A stretch of 64,000 bases of DNA, from positions 32,001 through 96,000 of the forward strand of contig CAVSMN010000014.1 in NCBI GenBank assembly GCA_963729045.1, given 5' to 3'. Source of the DNA: an uncultured Nitrososphaeraceae archaeon. GTDB lineage: Archaea; Thermoproteota; Nitrososphaeria; Nitrososphaerales; Nitrososphaeraceae. Numbering within the stretch: position 1 is the first letter of the stretch; every line of letters begins with the position of its first letter. The translations under genes were made by a program, and so were the position numbers. This document shows positions 21,421 to 31,826 of this stretch, in pieces. The notes beneath the pieces are model-generated. The model worked only from the letters and a program-made list of their open reading frames with translations, did not search any database and had not been told where the DNA came from.

Positions 21421-22978
21421 TTATAGTTCATGCTCTTTTAGAGTAATTTGATTCGTTCTTCTTTTCAATAGTATCATACAGGGGAAGGATATCAAAGAAA
21501 TTATTGTTGCGGTGATAAAGATGAGATCATATGATAACTGAGAAGGAAATGATTGTCCCCCCATACTGATTACTGACTCTTGAAAAGCTTGCATATAAGT
21601 TGAGGCAATTACTGGACCTATGGAACTGCCCATTAATACTAATACTACTGATATCCCTATCGAGACTCCGCTATACTGATGGGGTGTATGTTGCAATGTG
21701 ATATTGAAAGCTCCTACTTGTGTCAATGACAATCCTGCGGAGATTATTATCAAATTTAGTGAAATTAAAAATTCACTTCCATGAAATGCGAATAAACTAG
21801 CAAAACCAATTGTAGTCAAAACACTTCCTACAACAATTGGCTTGAAATTGCCTATTTTTGATACTATAAATCCTGAGGATGGAGCAAATATTAAGAAAAC
21901 TATCATGAACGGCAATTGAACCATTGCACTATCCATTGCTTCCCCACCAAATCCAAACGGTATTGGGCTAGTTACCAAAATTGGTATAGTTTGATAAATC
22001 ATAAACATTGTTATTCCAAAAACTAAGAGGATAATATTTGATGGAAGCAAAATCCTGTCTGATATTAATCTGAGTGGTATTAACGGATCCTTTGCCTTTC
22101 TTTCAACGAGTACAAATGCTGTCATTGAGCAAATTGTCAGTGTAACAAGTGAACCTAGGACAATGCCATCAAACGACGTAAAATTATTGGATTCACTATT
22201 TGTGTTAGCAAAATATGTTAAAGTTAATAGGAAAGATGAAATTGATAAAGCTAACGATATTGCTCCTTTAATATCTATATGATGTCTGGTTTTTTTATCA
22301 CTAAGGTTACTTTGATCTAATCGTCCATTTTCCTTTTTGGGTTGGATTGAAATTTGAATTTTGTTCACCCTCGTTGTTGATATTTGATGTGTCATCATCC
22401 TTTATTCGCTTCTTTATTATGATCCAAAGTATGATTGCCACTGGTATTATGGTGAAAAAGGTAGCTTGCCATCCAAAATTTTGGACTATTGTCCCACCTA
22501 TAGCCATTCCAACTACTGATCCTGCAGCAAACATCGAACTGAAAACTCCTATACCAATTGCAATCTTAGACATAGGAAATTGGTCTCTTATGATTCCAAA
22601 TGCGATGGGGAACATTGAAATACCTATACCTTGAATGATTCTTGCCAAAACTAAAGTGTAAATATTAGTTGACAATCCTCCGATGGCGATCCCTATAATA
22701 TAAATAATAAAAATCACAAGCACCATTTTCTTTCTACCATATATGTCTGATAATTTTCCTGCTATAGGCGTCATGACTGCTCCTGAAATTAAGTAGGCCG
22801 TCAGAATCCATGACGAGGTACTATATGAAATATCAAAGTCTCTAATTATATCACTAATAGCTGGTAAAAGCATGGTTTCTCCGTACATCGTTATCAAAAT
22901 TGTCGATCCCAATATTGCCAGTGTTATCCACGTGGATTCGTGAATCTTTTCGCTGGCATTTGGTTTTATGTTTTTCAT
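21421..22978 (-). CDS. MFS drug/H+ antiporter-like transporter, 14-TM type (frameshift at ~22335)
   Basis: GKLSDIYGRKK (motif A), ARIIQGIG and DPLIPL motifs. Confidence 0.88.
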
Positions 22979-23023
22979 GAATGAATACCTAGTTTAGCAA
23001 AAAATGGTAGTAATGTTATCAGA

Positions 23024-24069
23024 TCATACGGCTGGAATTTTAACTTCCTTCTTTAATTTACTTCTATATTCTCTATAGTCCTCATCAATCTCCATGGCTG
23101 CTTGAAGTATTTTGCTTCTTATTGTGTTAGATGAATTGATAAACATCCTTGTATCTTTGGGAAGACAGTGACCTCCTATTCCATCCCTAGGTTCTAGAAC
23201 TTCTACATTCCATTTTGTATTGAGTGATTCACGTAATTCAGAAAAACTGATACTGTTAGACTTGCAATAGAGGTAAAGCTCTTCTGCAAATGCTATTTGA
23301 AGATATCTATGAGCATTTTCTACTATTTTTGTTAGTTCTGCTACTTCAACTGACGATACTGGATGCATTGGAATTGATAGAGTTTTTATCCCAGCTGATG
23401 ATGAAGCTTTGTTGTTTCTGTTGTCTGGGGTACTACTTCCCGTCCATCATAAAAGTTAAGACCGTGTTGCAAGCAGCAGTTGCTCACACCTCCTACAATA
23501 CGTAATTGATTAACACCGTGAACTTCTTCTTCTAATGCATACCATCTATGTGGTGCATGTACAACGTGTAGTCTATGGTCTACTTTTTCAAATACTTTTT
23601 TAGATGTACCTTTTGGTATAGTGCTTTCAATTGATATTAGTGCGCCTGTTTTAGCTTCTCTAGATATCTTTTCAACAACAGACATCAAACCATCTACTTG
23701 TGGTGTAAACATATCATCTGGTCTATGTGTAGATACACAGATAATTAGTACGTCAAAATCACCAAAGTTGGATGCTTGCTTTATTCCATAGTTGGCTTCA
23801 GCTGATTGCATGGTTTTTTGATTTATATCATATCCATAAGTATCAAAACCATGTTCTTTAACATATTTTGCAACTGGAAGACCAAGTTGGCCAAGTCCTA
23901 TGATAACTACTTTTTCATTTTTAAGGATGTTGGGCCTTTGGGCATTTAACTTGTTAGATGTAATTGGATTAGTAGTGCTAAGGACACTATCTGAATAACT
24001 AAACTGTTCCTGTGTCTCCAAACGCATGCCGTCTAAAGACTGGTCATTTTCCTTCCTTAATGGAATCAT
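23024..24069 (-). CDS. NDP-sugar dehydrogenase family protein (UDP-ManNAc/UDP-glucose DH-like; frameshift at ~23408)
   Basis: IIGLGQLGLP Rossmann motif, ESTIPKGT, AELTKIVENAHRY and GIGGHCLPKD. Confidence 0.88.
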
Positions 24070-24103
24070 GATTTATCTTACTAATACTCCTTAATAAATT
24101 AAA

Positions 24104-24115
24104 CTGACTGGTCAG
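24104..24115. promoter_or_regulatory. Candidate TetR-type operator palindrome
   Basis: CTGAC-TG-GTCAG between the dehydrogenase and TetR genes; partial second copy GACTGGTCA at 24038-24046. Confidence 0.45.
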
Positions 24116-24416
24116 ACATGTTTATTAGTATCCAGACCTAAATTAACTTGTTCGTGTCTAGACTTGATTTTAATTCCCAAGAACTTGCTTCAAAGTATTT
24201 TTTACGATTTAGAATGAGAATTGCCTCTTTACCTAACGATATAAAAAATGATACTAGAAAATTTCAAATTATTGGTAGTTACATTAAACCTATAATATTG
24301 TGTGCCATAAATTTTTTATTAAAAAAAAGTGGAAAATCAGATGTGTCCCGTATTGAAGTAGTAAACCTCAGAGGATACAAGTATTCTTACAGACATCTTG
24401 AAATGGGTGAACATTA

Positions 24417-25016
24417 ATGTGTCCAAAGGTAACATCTCAACATAAGCAAGAAGTACGAGGTAGGATTATCCAATCAGCAATTGAATGCTTTTCTAAAAAT
24501 GGATTCGATCGAACTCGAATGGATGAAATATCTCTTTTGGCCGATTTAAGTAAAGGAACATTATATAATTATTTTGATAATAAAGAAGATTTATTTCATG
24601 CAATTTGTGAGGACAGTCTCGACCTACTAAAAATTCAACTTGATCACTTATTTACTAAAAGTAGGGATGACCTAATATCCAATGCAGAATTATTTTACGA
24701 AAACTTTCAAAAAATACAAAAGGAAGGAAGTGCAAAGGTCTTTTTTGAGGCCTTATCAGAATCAACACGCAATCCAAAATTAAAAATAATCTTGTTCAAA
24801 CATAGACTCAAAATCTATAAAGTTGTTGAAAACTATTTGCAGATCCAAAGTGACAAGGGGTTTATTAAAGGTGATATTAACTTAACCTATGTTGCCTCAG
24901 GAATGGTGTCTTTGTTTGACGGTATTACCGCAGGAAGTCTCCTTGGGATCCCTGAAGATTATAATAAGAATATTTGGGCCGTAACGATAAAGGCGATATT
25001 GTCAAATTTAAACTAG
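24417..25016 (+). CDS. TetR/AcrR family transcriptional regulator
   Basis: IIQSAIECFSKNGFDRTRMDEI...SKGTLYNYFDNKEDLF helix-turn-helix. Confidence 0.93.
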   Translation: MCPKVTSQHKQEVRGRIIQSAIECFSKNGFDRTRMDEISLLADLSKGTLYNYFDNKEDLFHAICEDSLDLLKIQLDHLFTKSRDDLISNAELFYENFQKIQKEGSAKVFFEALSESTRNPKLKIILFKHRLKIYKVVENYLQIQSDKGFIKGDINLTYVASGMVSLFDGITAGSLLGIPEDYNKNIWAVTIKAILSNLN

Positions 25017-25124
25017 AACCAAACCAAAGCTAGAAAGTTGGCACATCAATTTCAAGTGGAGTGATCCCAATTCATATCGACTAGTCTGTAATAATTTATA
25101 ACCCATTACATCATTAAGACGAGT

Positions 25125-25638
25125 GTGTCATTATTGCCTTTTAAAAATAAAGTTCCAAAAATAAATTCCGATTGTTTTATTGCACCGAATTCTGTGATTA
25201 TCGGTGACGTAGAAATAGGCTCTCGTACATCGATTTGGTTTGGTACTGTTCTTAGAGGTGATGTCTTTCACATCAAGAGTTGGATATAATACCAATATAC
25301 AAGATAATAGTGTTGTGCATGTTACCGCTAATAAATATCCAACCATAATTGGTAACAATGTTACTATTGGTCATTCGGTGACACTTCATGGTTGTTCAAT
25401 AAAAGATAACTCGCTGGTTGGGATTGGATCTGTTGTCATGGATGAGTGCGAGCTTGGAGAATGGTCTATAATTGCTGCAGGATCCGTGGTTAAGCCAAAC
25501 ACTAAAATTCCCTCAGGTAAACTTTGGGGGGGATTGCCCGCAAAGGAAATCCGTGACATAAATGACAAGGAACGAGAATGGATAAAAGAGTTATCAAATA
25601 ATTACTTAGAATTATCAAAACAATATTTGAGTATATAA
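25125..25638 (+). CDS. Gamma-class carbonic anhydrase-like hexapeptide-repeat protein (frameshift at ~25275)
   Basis: GTG start, PKI..DCFIAPNSVIIGDVEIG..SIWFGTVLRGD, then NIQDNSVVH and TIGHSVTLHGC (three His ligands). Confidence 0.9.
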
Positions 25639-25890
25639 AGGGAAACAGGCATATATTTTTCAAATTTATATGCTGTGAATCAAATTTGTCCCTACTTACG
25701 AATATTCAAATCTAATCTCTAAAACCAGCCTGCATATGTTAGAATACTAGCAATGTGTTTTAGTAGAGTTCTATTATATAACTAAATAGGTTAATTTTGT
25801 TTCTTTTATTTTTATTGAACATGATGTTGTACTATTGATGAAGTAATCAGTTATCAAACTGCTTTATGGGATTAGCTAGGATCTTCAATA

Positions 25891-27272
25891 ATGCTAAAGA
25901 TTATACCATTTAATCTACTATTAATATTCTTAGTAGTGGTAGTAACAGGTACAAGTACACACGCAATCTTTAATCAAAACGTATTAGCACAAAACTCTGG
26001 TGAAGACAGTTCTCGTGGATTAAATTTTGATAGTCTATTCGGAAGTAGCAAAGAAGGTTTCAGTTTCGATGAATTGTTCCCCTTCGGTGATTCTAGCACT
26101 TCAGGTTCTCAAGATGAATCATCATCTAGCGATGATGACTCTGCTTCAGGTTCTCAAGATGAATCCGCAGCTACTGATCCAATGGGTGGAATCGATCTTG
26201 TATTTCCTTTCAATGATATTCAATCTCCAAAAGCACAATCTGATACACCATCTGAAGATGCAAGCTCCACAAGTCCAGACGACAATAGTAAATCTATAGC
26301 TCCTCAGAATGAATCAGCCTTCTGAAGACTGAAAAGGCAACAAGCCTCTAAAGACGACTGATAAAGCAACAAGCCTCTGAAGACGACTGATAAAGCAACA
26401 GCAGCTCTGAAGACGACATGACGCAAAGCAACAAGCTCTCTGAAGACGACAAGCAACAAGCTCTGAAGACTGACAAGCAACAAGCTCTGAAGACGACTGA
26501 TAAGGCAACAGCCTCTGAAGACGACAAGCAACCAGCCTCTGAAGACGACTGATAAGGCAACAAGCCTCTGAAGACGACTGATAAAGCAACAGCTCTGAAG
26601 ACGACGATGCAACAGCTTCTAAAGACGACAAGCATCTGAAGCACGCTTCTGAAGACGACAGCACTGAAGCACGCTTCTGAAGACGACAGCAGCTCTAATG
26701 ACGACAAGCAGCCTCTAAAGACGACAGACGACAGCAGCTCTAAAGACGACAGATAAGCAGCAGCTCTGAAGACGACGATGCAGCAGCTCTAAAGACGACA
26801 GCAGCAGCCTCTGAAGACGACAGCACTCTGATGAAGACGACGAAGCAGCCTCTGAAGACGACAGCACACAATCAAGCTTCTGAAGACGACAGATGACAGC
26901 AGCCTCTGAAGACGACAGCACCTCTTCTGAAGACGACAACGCAGCGCTCTAAAGACGACAGATCGACAGCAGCCTCTGAAGACGACAGCACTAAAGTCAA
27001 GCTCTGAAGACGACGATGCAGCAGCTCTAAAGACGACTGACGACAGCAGCTCTGAAGACGACTGACGCAGCAGCTCTAAAGACGACTGACGCAGCAGCTC
27101 TAAAGACGACAGCAGCCGCTTCTGAAGACGACAGCGACAAATCAAGCTCTGACAACTCTCGTATGATTGCTCCTCAAAGTGAAACTACAGCAACAGAAAC
27201 AGGTAAACCAGTAGCTCCTCAAAGTGAAACACAACAACAGAAACAGGTAAACCACTAGCTCCAATAGCATAA
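25891..27272 (+). CDS. Secreted acidic Ser/Asp/Glu-rich repeat protein (frame corrupted within the repeat)
   Basis: Signal peptide, S/D-rich body, then SEDD-type tandem repeats. The C-terminus IAPQSETTATETGKPVAPQSET..TGKPLAPIA* can be recovered after the repeat. Confidence 0.6.
26317..27150 (+). repeat. Degenerate tandem repeat, core GC(C)TCT(G/A)AAGACGAC
   Basis: Roughly 30 copies of the core separated by short AGC/AAC/ACA-rich linkers of variable length. Confidence 0.95.
27169..27263 (+). repeat. Direct repeat of about 45 bp (two copies)
   Basis: GCTCCTCAAAGTGAAAC..CAACAGAAACAGGTAAACCA occurs twice in tandem. Confidence 0.85.
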
Positions 27273-27290
27273 TAGGATTGACAATGATTA

Positions 27291-27332
27291 GGTGATGCAG
27301 GTGCGAATGGAAAAATTTCATACCTGCAACCC
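27291..27332 (+). terminator. Hairpin downstream of the repeat protein
   Basis: TGCAGGT...ACCTGCA inverted repeat followed by T-rich sequence. Confidence 0.4.
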
Positions 27333-27576
27333 TAAAACCAAAATTTTTATATTTTTGATTTATTCAGATTATTAGTTTATTTTTTGACGTATTATTTCGG
27401 GTCATTCGACATATAGAATAATTAATTTTACAAAAGAAAATTCCAGTGCAAGTTGTTAGTCTAGAAAAACTCATTATTTACAGCTATTCTTAATATTATT
27501 ATGAATTTATGAATCTTAATTTTACAATTCTTTCATTTGGCAGTACAACATGTAGTTTTTTCAATAGTAATTAGTT

Positions 27577-27804
27577 TCATGAAACGGATTCAAATATTTT
27601 CTTGAGATCTTCCTTAAGGGCTTTGTATTTGTCCAATCTTGTTCGTCCTTCCTCCGTGGATGGTATATTCTCTAATAATTTTCTTTGTTCTTTTTCTGTC
27701 ATACAGTCAACCGAGTTCAGGATGTCTTCTAGTTCAGACTTTGATAATTCAAGTGTGATTATTTCATTGGGATGATTCGTTTTAACAATTTTTGTCATGT
27801 TCAT
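27577..27804 (-). CDS. Small hypothetical protein
   Basis: 75-aa charged, helical-looking ORF. Confidence 0.6.
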   Translation of the reverse strand: MNMTKIVKTNHPNEIITLELSKSELEDILNSVDCMTEKEQRKLLENIPSTEEGRTRLDKYKALKEDLKKIFESVS

Positions 27805-28086
27805 ATTGATATGTTCAAATTAATATCTTTGTTCATAACCAAACACAGACTAGCCCGGTTGCAACGATTTTCGACATTAAAATTAATCGAAATGGTTAAG
27901 GTTAAACATTGATTGGTCCAAATAAGTTCATATCTTAAATAGTCTCAATTTATGCCTTCATAATGCAATTATTTAATTCTCTCTTAAATATTCAAATGTT
28001 ACTGCTGTTGTAATATGTTTCACAAATTCATATGTGTTCTAATTTCAAATAGGATGGAGTACATGATATGTCGTTAGTCTCAGGAA

Positions 28087-28761
28087 TTATTTTATTTTTA
28101 GACTCACTTCTTCCCCATGTCCGATTGGGACTGTTACTGATTGAACAGAATCTTTTTTCCTTATATGTTCTATATATTTGGACATACTTGGTCTATATTC
28201 CTCAGGATACAATACATTATCCGTAACGATCACTCCACCCTTCTTGACTATTGAGATAGCTAAATCAAAATATTCTGGTAAATTTTCTTTGTCAGCATCC
28301 AAAAAAATGAAGTCAAAATATTTGGATTGATCGCCTGAATTATCATTAACATAGTTTGACAATTGCTTTAGTACTTCTATGGCATTTCCTTCAATTATTT
28401 CTATTATGTCACTGACTCCAGCATTCTTAAAATTTGTTGTTGCTTTCTTAGTCTTTAGTGGATTATTGTCTATGGTAGTGATATTTCCTTTTGGCGGGTG
28501 AGAGTTTTCTTCATTCTGATAAAACGAATATGCTAACCACAGTGTCGAGTATCCAACAGAAGTACCTACTTCTAATATCTTTTTGGCATTCATTGATGAT
28601 AGTAAGATACTAAAAAATTTTCCAGTGTCACCGGTAATCGCAAGCATCGAATCCTCATGGGATACCTCTGCTAAGCCTGATCTTTCTAATGTTGATTGTT
28701 TTTCCAGCTCGGTTAAGACTTTAATGATTCTCGAACAAGTATTAAGATCCAAGTCTGACAT
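28087..28761 (-). CDS. SAM-dependent O-methyltransferase (COMT/CCoAOMT-like)
   Basis: ILEVGTSVGYSTLW, FDFIFLDADK and GGVIVTDNV motifs. Confidence 0.92.
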   Translation of the reverse strand: MSDLDLNTCSRIIKVLTELEKQSTLERSGLAEVSHEDSMLAITGDTGKFFSILLSSMNAKKILEVGTSVGYSTLWLAYSFYQNEENSHPPKGNITTIDNNPLKTKKATTNFKNAGVSDIIEIIEGNAIEVLKQLSNYVNDNSGDQSKYFDFIFLDADKENLPEYFDLAISIVKKGGVIVTDNVLYPEEYRPSMSKYIEHIRKKDSVQSVTVPIGHGEEVSLKIK

Positions 28762-29476
28762 TTTCTCGTACCGTGATTATTTGGTTATCCTAATATTAAA
28801 ACGATATTTCTCGCATTCTAAATTGATAGAATTAAAGATTATAGTTAATTTTTGCCTTTTCTCCGATATTATAATAGAAAAGACAAAAATCATGAATTTG
28901 GAGTCTGATCTTGATATTTTGACCTAATACATGAATGATACTAAAACCCCGATAAATGCCCGGAATAAACTTCAACACGCAGTCAATATGTTAACCGTCA
29001 ACCGAGGTGACCTGTTATAATTTAGCTGATCAGAATGATTTACTTTATGATAACAAGAGAATAGCAATCTAATGCTATCAAAGATAGGGTACAGAATCTA
29101 GGATTTAAAGAAAAAACTGAAGATAAACCTTCAGAAAATATACCAGTGTTCTAGTGAGAGAGATTGTAAAAGTACCTGTCTATTTCGAGAAATAGAAATT
29201 TCGGGTTTGATTAGTCTTTTTATTAGCTATGATTAACGTTACTCAATTTAGGGAATGAAAATAGCTTGCATTTAGTAAAATTTGATTAGTGTCATTCTAA
29301 AAAAATATTTATTTTCAATCTCTGATCAAAAAATTGATAATATTTCTACTTTTGGCATTTTGTTTCTAATGTTATCATAATTTTCCAGTATTCAATTATT
29401 ATTAATTGCTAAATCCAAAAAAGATAAAAAAATTGCAAATATTTTTAATAAAGTTCATCTTACAATAAGTTATAGA

Positions 29477-30151
29477 ATGAAAACCCTTCAAATTGCTACC
29501 TTTGGTGACGATGATCAAGATGGAATTGCACTAGGGATTCGAAATTTTCCAATTCATCAACTCATATTGATATGCTACTCAAGTGATGAATCCAAAGCTA
29601 TCGAATATTCAAAGAAGATTGAAACAATAATCGGTATCGGTTCAGAAATAATTCTTGTTGAGAAGGAAAACGTCGTAAAGGATACAATTGAAAGAGTTAA
29701 TGAAGTATTGTTAAAGAAAAGTATGGAATATCATCAGATACTTATGAATGTAAGTTCTGGGGATAAATTAATCAGTTGTGCTGCACTCTCATCAGCATTC
29801 ATTAATGGAATAAAGGCTTTTGCAATGGACCATGCTCACACTGTACCTCTGTTATTACCGGTACTAAAGTTCAGTTACAGCGAAATCATATCAGATACCA
29901 AAATAAAAATACTAAAAAGTATTGATAGCATAGGCGGCATGGTAAGCAGCTTGGAAGAACTAGAACAAATTTCGGGTTACGGAAAACCTCTTTTGAGCTA
30001 TCATGTTCAAGGCGGTAAGGAAAATAAAGGATTGGCAGATTTGGGGTTGGTAGAAGTAGACAAAGGTGACAGAGGTAAAACAGTAATTAACATTACTACT
30101 TTGGGCAAACTAATGGTTACATCCAACCTCGTAAATTCTTCTCAGCATTAA
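29477..30151 (+). CDS. CARF/DUF6293-like domain plus winged-helix transcriptional regulator (Csa3-like architecture)
   Basis: N-terminal Rossmann-like domain with ILMNVSSGDK; C-terminal wHTH (LEELEQISGYGKPLLSYH..LADLGLV..ITTLGK). Confidence 0.7.
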   Translation: MKTLQIATFGDDDQDGIALGIRNFPIHQLILICYSSDESKAIEYSKKIETIIGIGSEIILVEKENVVKDTIERVNEVLLKKSMEYHQILMNVSSGDKLISCAALSSAFINGIKAFAMDHAHTVPLLLPVLKFSYSEIISDTKIKILKSIDSIGGMVSSLEELEQISGYGKPLLSYHVQGGKENKGLADLGLVEVDKGDRGKTVINITTLGKLMVTSNLVNSSQH

Positions 30152-30196
30152 TATTATGTTAATCTTAAAAAATATAATAATCTGAGAGTGTCAGAT

Positions 30197-30294
30197 GGGC
30201 TCGTAGCGCAGACTTTGGATAATCAAAGGTGCATAATGGATAGCGCGGACGCCTCCTAAGCGTCAGGCCGAGGGTTCAAATCCCTCCGGGCCCG
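30197..30294 (+). tRNA. tRNA-Arg(CCU) with intron in the D-loop (~30212-30234)
   Basis: Acceptor stem GGGCTCG/CGGGCCC; D-stem GCGC/GCGC; anticodon arm GACGC-CTCCTAA-GCGTC; T-arm GAGGG-TTCAAAT-CCCTC. The insert forms a CTTTG/CAAAG helix with a BHB-like junction. Confidence 0.93.
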
Positions 30295-30550
30295 TTACGA
30301 TAAAGATTGTTTTAATTTACATGTCCTGTCCAAATCATTTGAACGAAATAGTCTCTAATCTCAGTAATATTGGGATTAGTAATCTTTAAAGCTTGATATG
30401 TTTATTGAAATAGAAATCCAATCATAAAGTGTTAGTAAAACGAATCCACGTTGAATATCGGATTTATCGATTATTTTTTTTAAGAAAAACCATAACATCC
30501 AAGACACTAACAAAGGAGGTTTCTTAATTGGTCCATCATAGCAAAATTAA

Positions 30551-30763
30551 TTATTCTAAAATTGTCCAGCCTATGAAGGTCATATGTAAATGCTCTTGAC
30601 AATAATAGGCCGAACACGGAACACACCTGGATATCGGCTTACCAGAACAATGATGTACAGAACAACAAATTGTATTTTCATGGGTTGTGGATGATTCGAT
30701 ATTTAAATGCTCAGATGAAATATTGTTTAATGAATCAAAATAATCTGTGGACATTTCAAACAA
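30551..30763 (-). CDS. Possible small Cys/His zinc-finger protein
   Basis: CSVHHC...CVPC..YYCQEHL, a B-box/AN1-like spacing. Weak start codon. Confidence 0.4.
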   Translation of the reverse strand: MFEMSTDYFDSLNNISSEHLNIESSTTHENTICCSVHHCSGKPISRCVPCSAYYCQEHLHMTFIGWTILE

Positions 30764-31177
30764 TACTATGAGGAAAAGAATCTAGATAAGCATTCGAGAC
30801 GATATAATCTATTTACTCTTATATCATGACAGATGGATTTACTTATTTCTGCGGTTAAATTACCTATTATTATTTGATATGTAGTAATCTACTAGAATCT
30901 ATTTAAAGAACTGATATCAGTCGTAAGCCCTTCGGGTCCTTTTTATTTATTCTAAATAATAGTATTTATAAAAAAAGTAAAAGGTAGAGTTCCAAATTTG
31001 GTAGAACGAGAATTAGAGATCCAACTGCCAACACTTAGTATTCTAGATAACTTGACCGTCTCACTTCTCAAATTAGTTTAAATAAATAATTGAAACTAAT
31101 TGGTTGATTTGGCCTCAAAGGAAGAAATCGCTTATTGCCACTTGCTATAAATATGAGAAAATATTTGTTTTTCAGAT

Positions 31178-31777
31178 TTATGCTGGGTACGAACTTTCGC
31201 TTTTCCCATTCTTATTGATGATCAAAATATCTATACCATCACCACTTGCAGAATCCCTTTGAATGGATGATCGAATGGATCTTAATGCTAGATTTGTTGC
31301 CTTCTCCTCATCTAGGTTTTCATTGAACTCTGCATCCATTACTCCCAATGCCATTTCAGCTCCAGTTCCTACTGCAGCATATCTATCTGGTAAAACCGAA
31401 CCTAGTGGATCGAGAGTATAAATTTCTGGTTTTCCAGTTGTAACACCTCCCACCACAACCTGAGTCAATAAGGGAAAGTATCTCCTTTCAAACATTATGA
31501 CGGACATCAATTTTGCAACCGAATTTGGTTCGACGTTACGTCGGGTTTCCAATTTCCTGATTTTTGATAGAGCGCTTACCTGGCGTACAAGAACCTGCAT
31601 GTCAGCAACCATACCTGCACAGGCGGCACCCACATGATCAGTAACATTAAATGTTTTTTTAGTATTTTTATTAACTACGAAATTGCCATATGAAACTCTC
31701 TTTTCAGCAGCCAAAAGTACTCCATCATTGTAAGTAATCCCAACTGCTGTTGCTCCGGGCATAAATTGAAAAGCCAT
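31178..31777 (-). CDS. psmB: Proteasome beta subunit
   Basis: GATAVGI, AAEKR, AGMVADMQ, DPLGS and RDSASGDG motifs. Confidence 0.95.
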   Translation of the reverse strand: MAFQFMPGATAVGITYNDGVLLAAEKRVSYGNFVVNKNTKKTFNVTDHVGAACAGMVADMQVLVRQVSALSKIRKLETRRNVEPNSVAKLMSVIMFERRYFPLLTQVVVGGVTTGKPEIYTLDPLGSVLPDRYAAVGTGAEMALGVMDAEFNENLDEEKATNLALRSIRSSIQRDSASGDGIDILIINKNGKSESSYPA

Positions 31778-31826
31778 TTAATAATTAAAAAAAAAGAGTT
31801 AGATTTAGTCGTTTCTATATTGATGC

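Noticed and set aside
24148..24417. 89-aa ORF upstream of tetR
   Set aside because: TTG start, no motif, and it occupies the divergent promoter region.
26304..27145. Minus-strand ORFs over the repeat
   Set aside because: Antisense shadows of the repeat (SSSEA/VVFR/CRLQ periodicity).
26317..27150. CRISPR array
   Set aside because: The repeat core is only 12-15 bp, linkers are short, low-complexity and similar to each other, no cas genes are present, and it continues an S/D/E-rich ORF.
30294..31170. Integrated element at tRNA-Arg
   Set aside because: No integrase and no duplicated tRNA 3' end found in the window.
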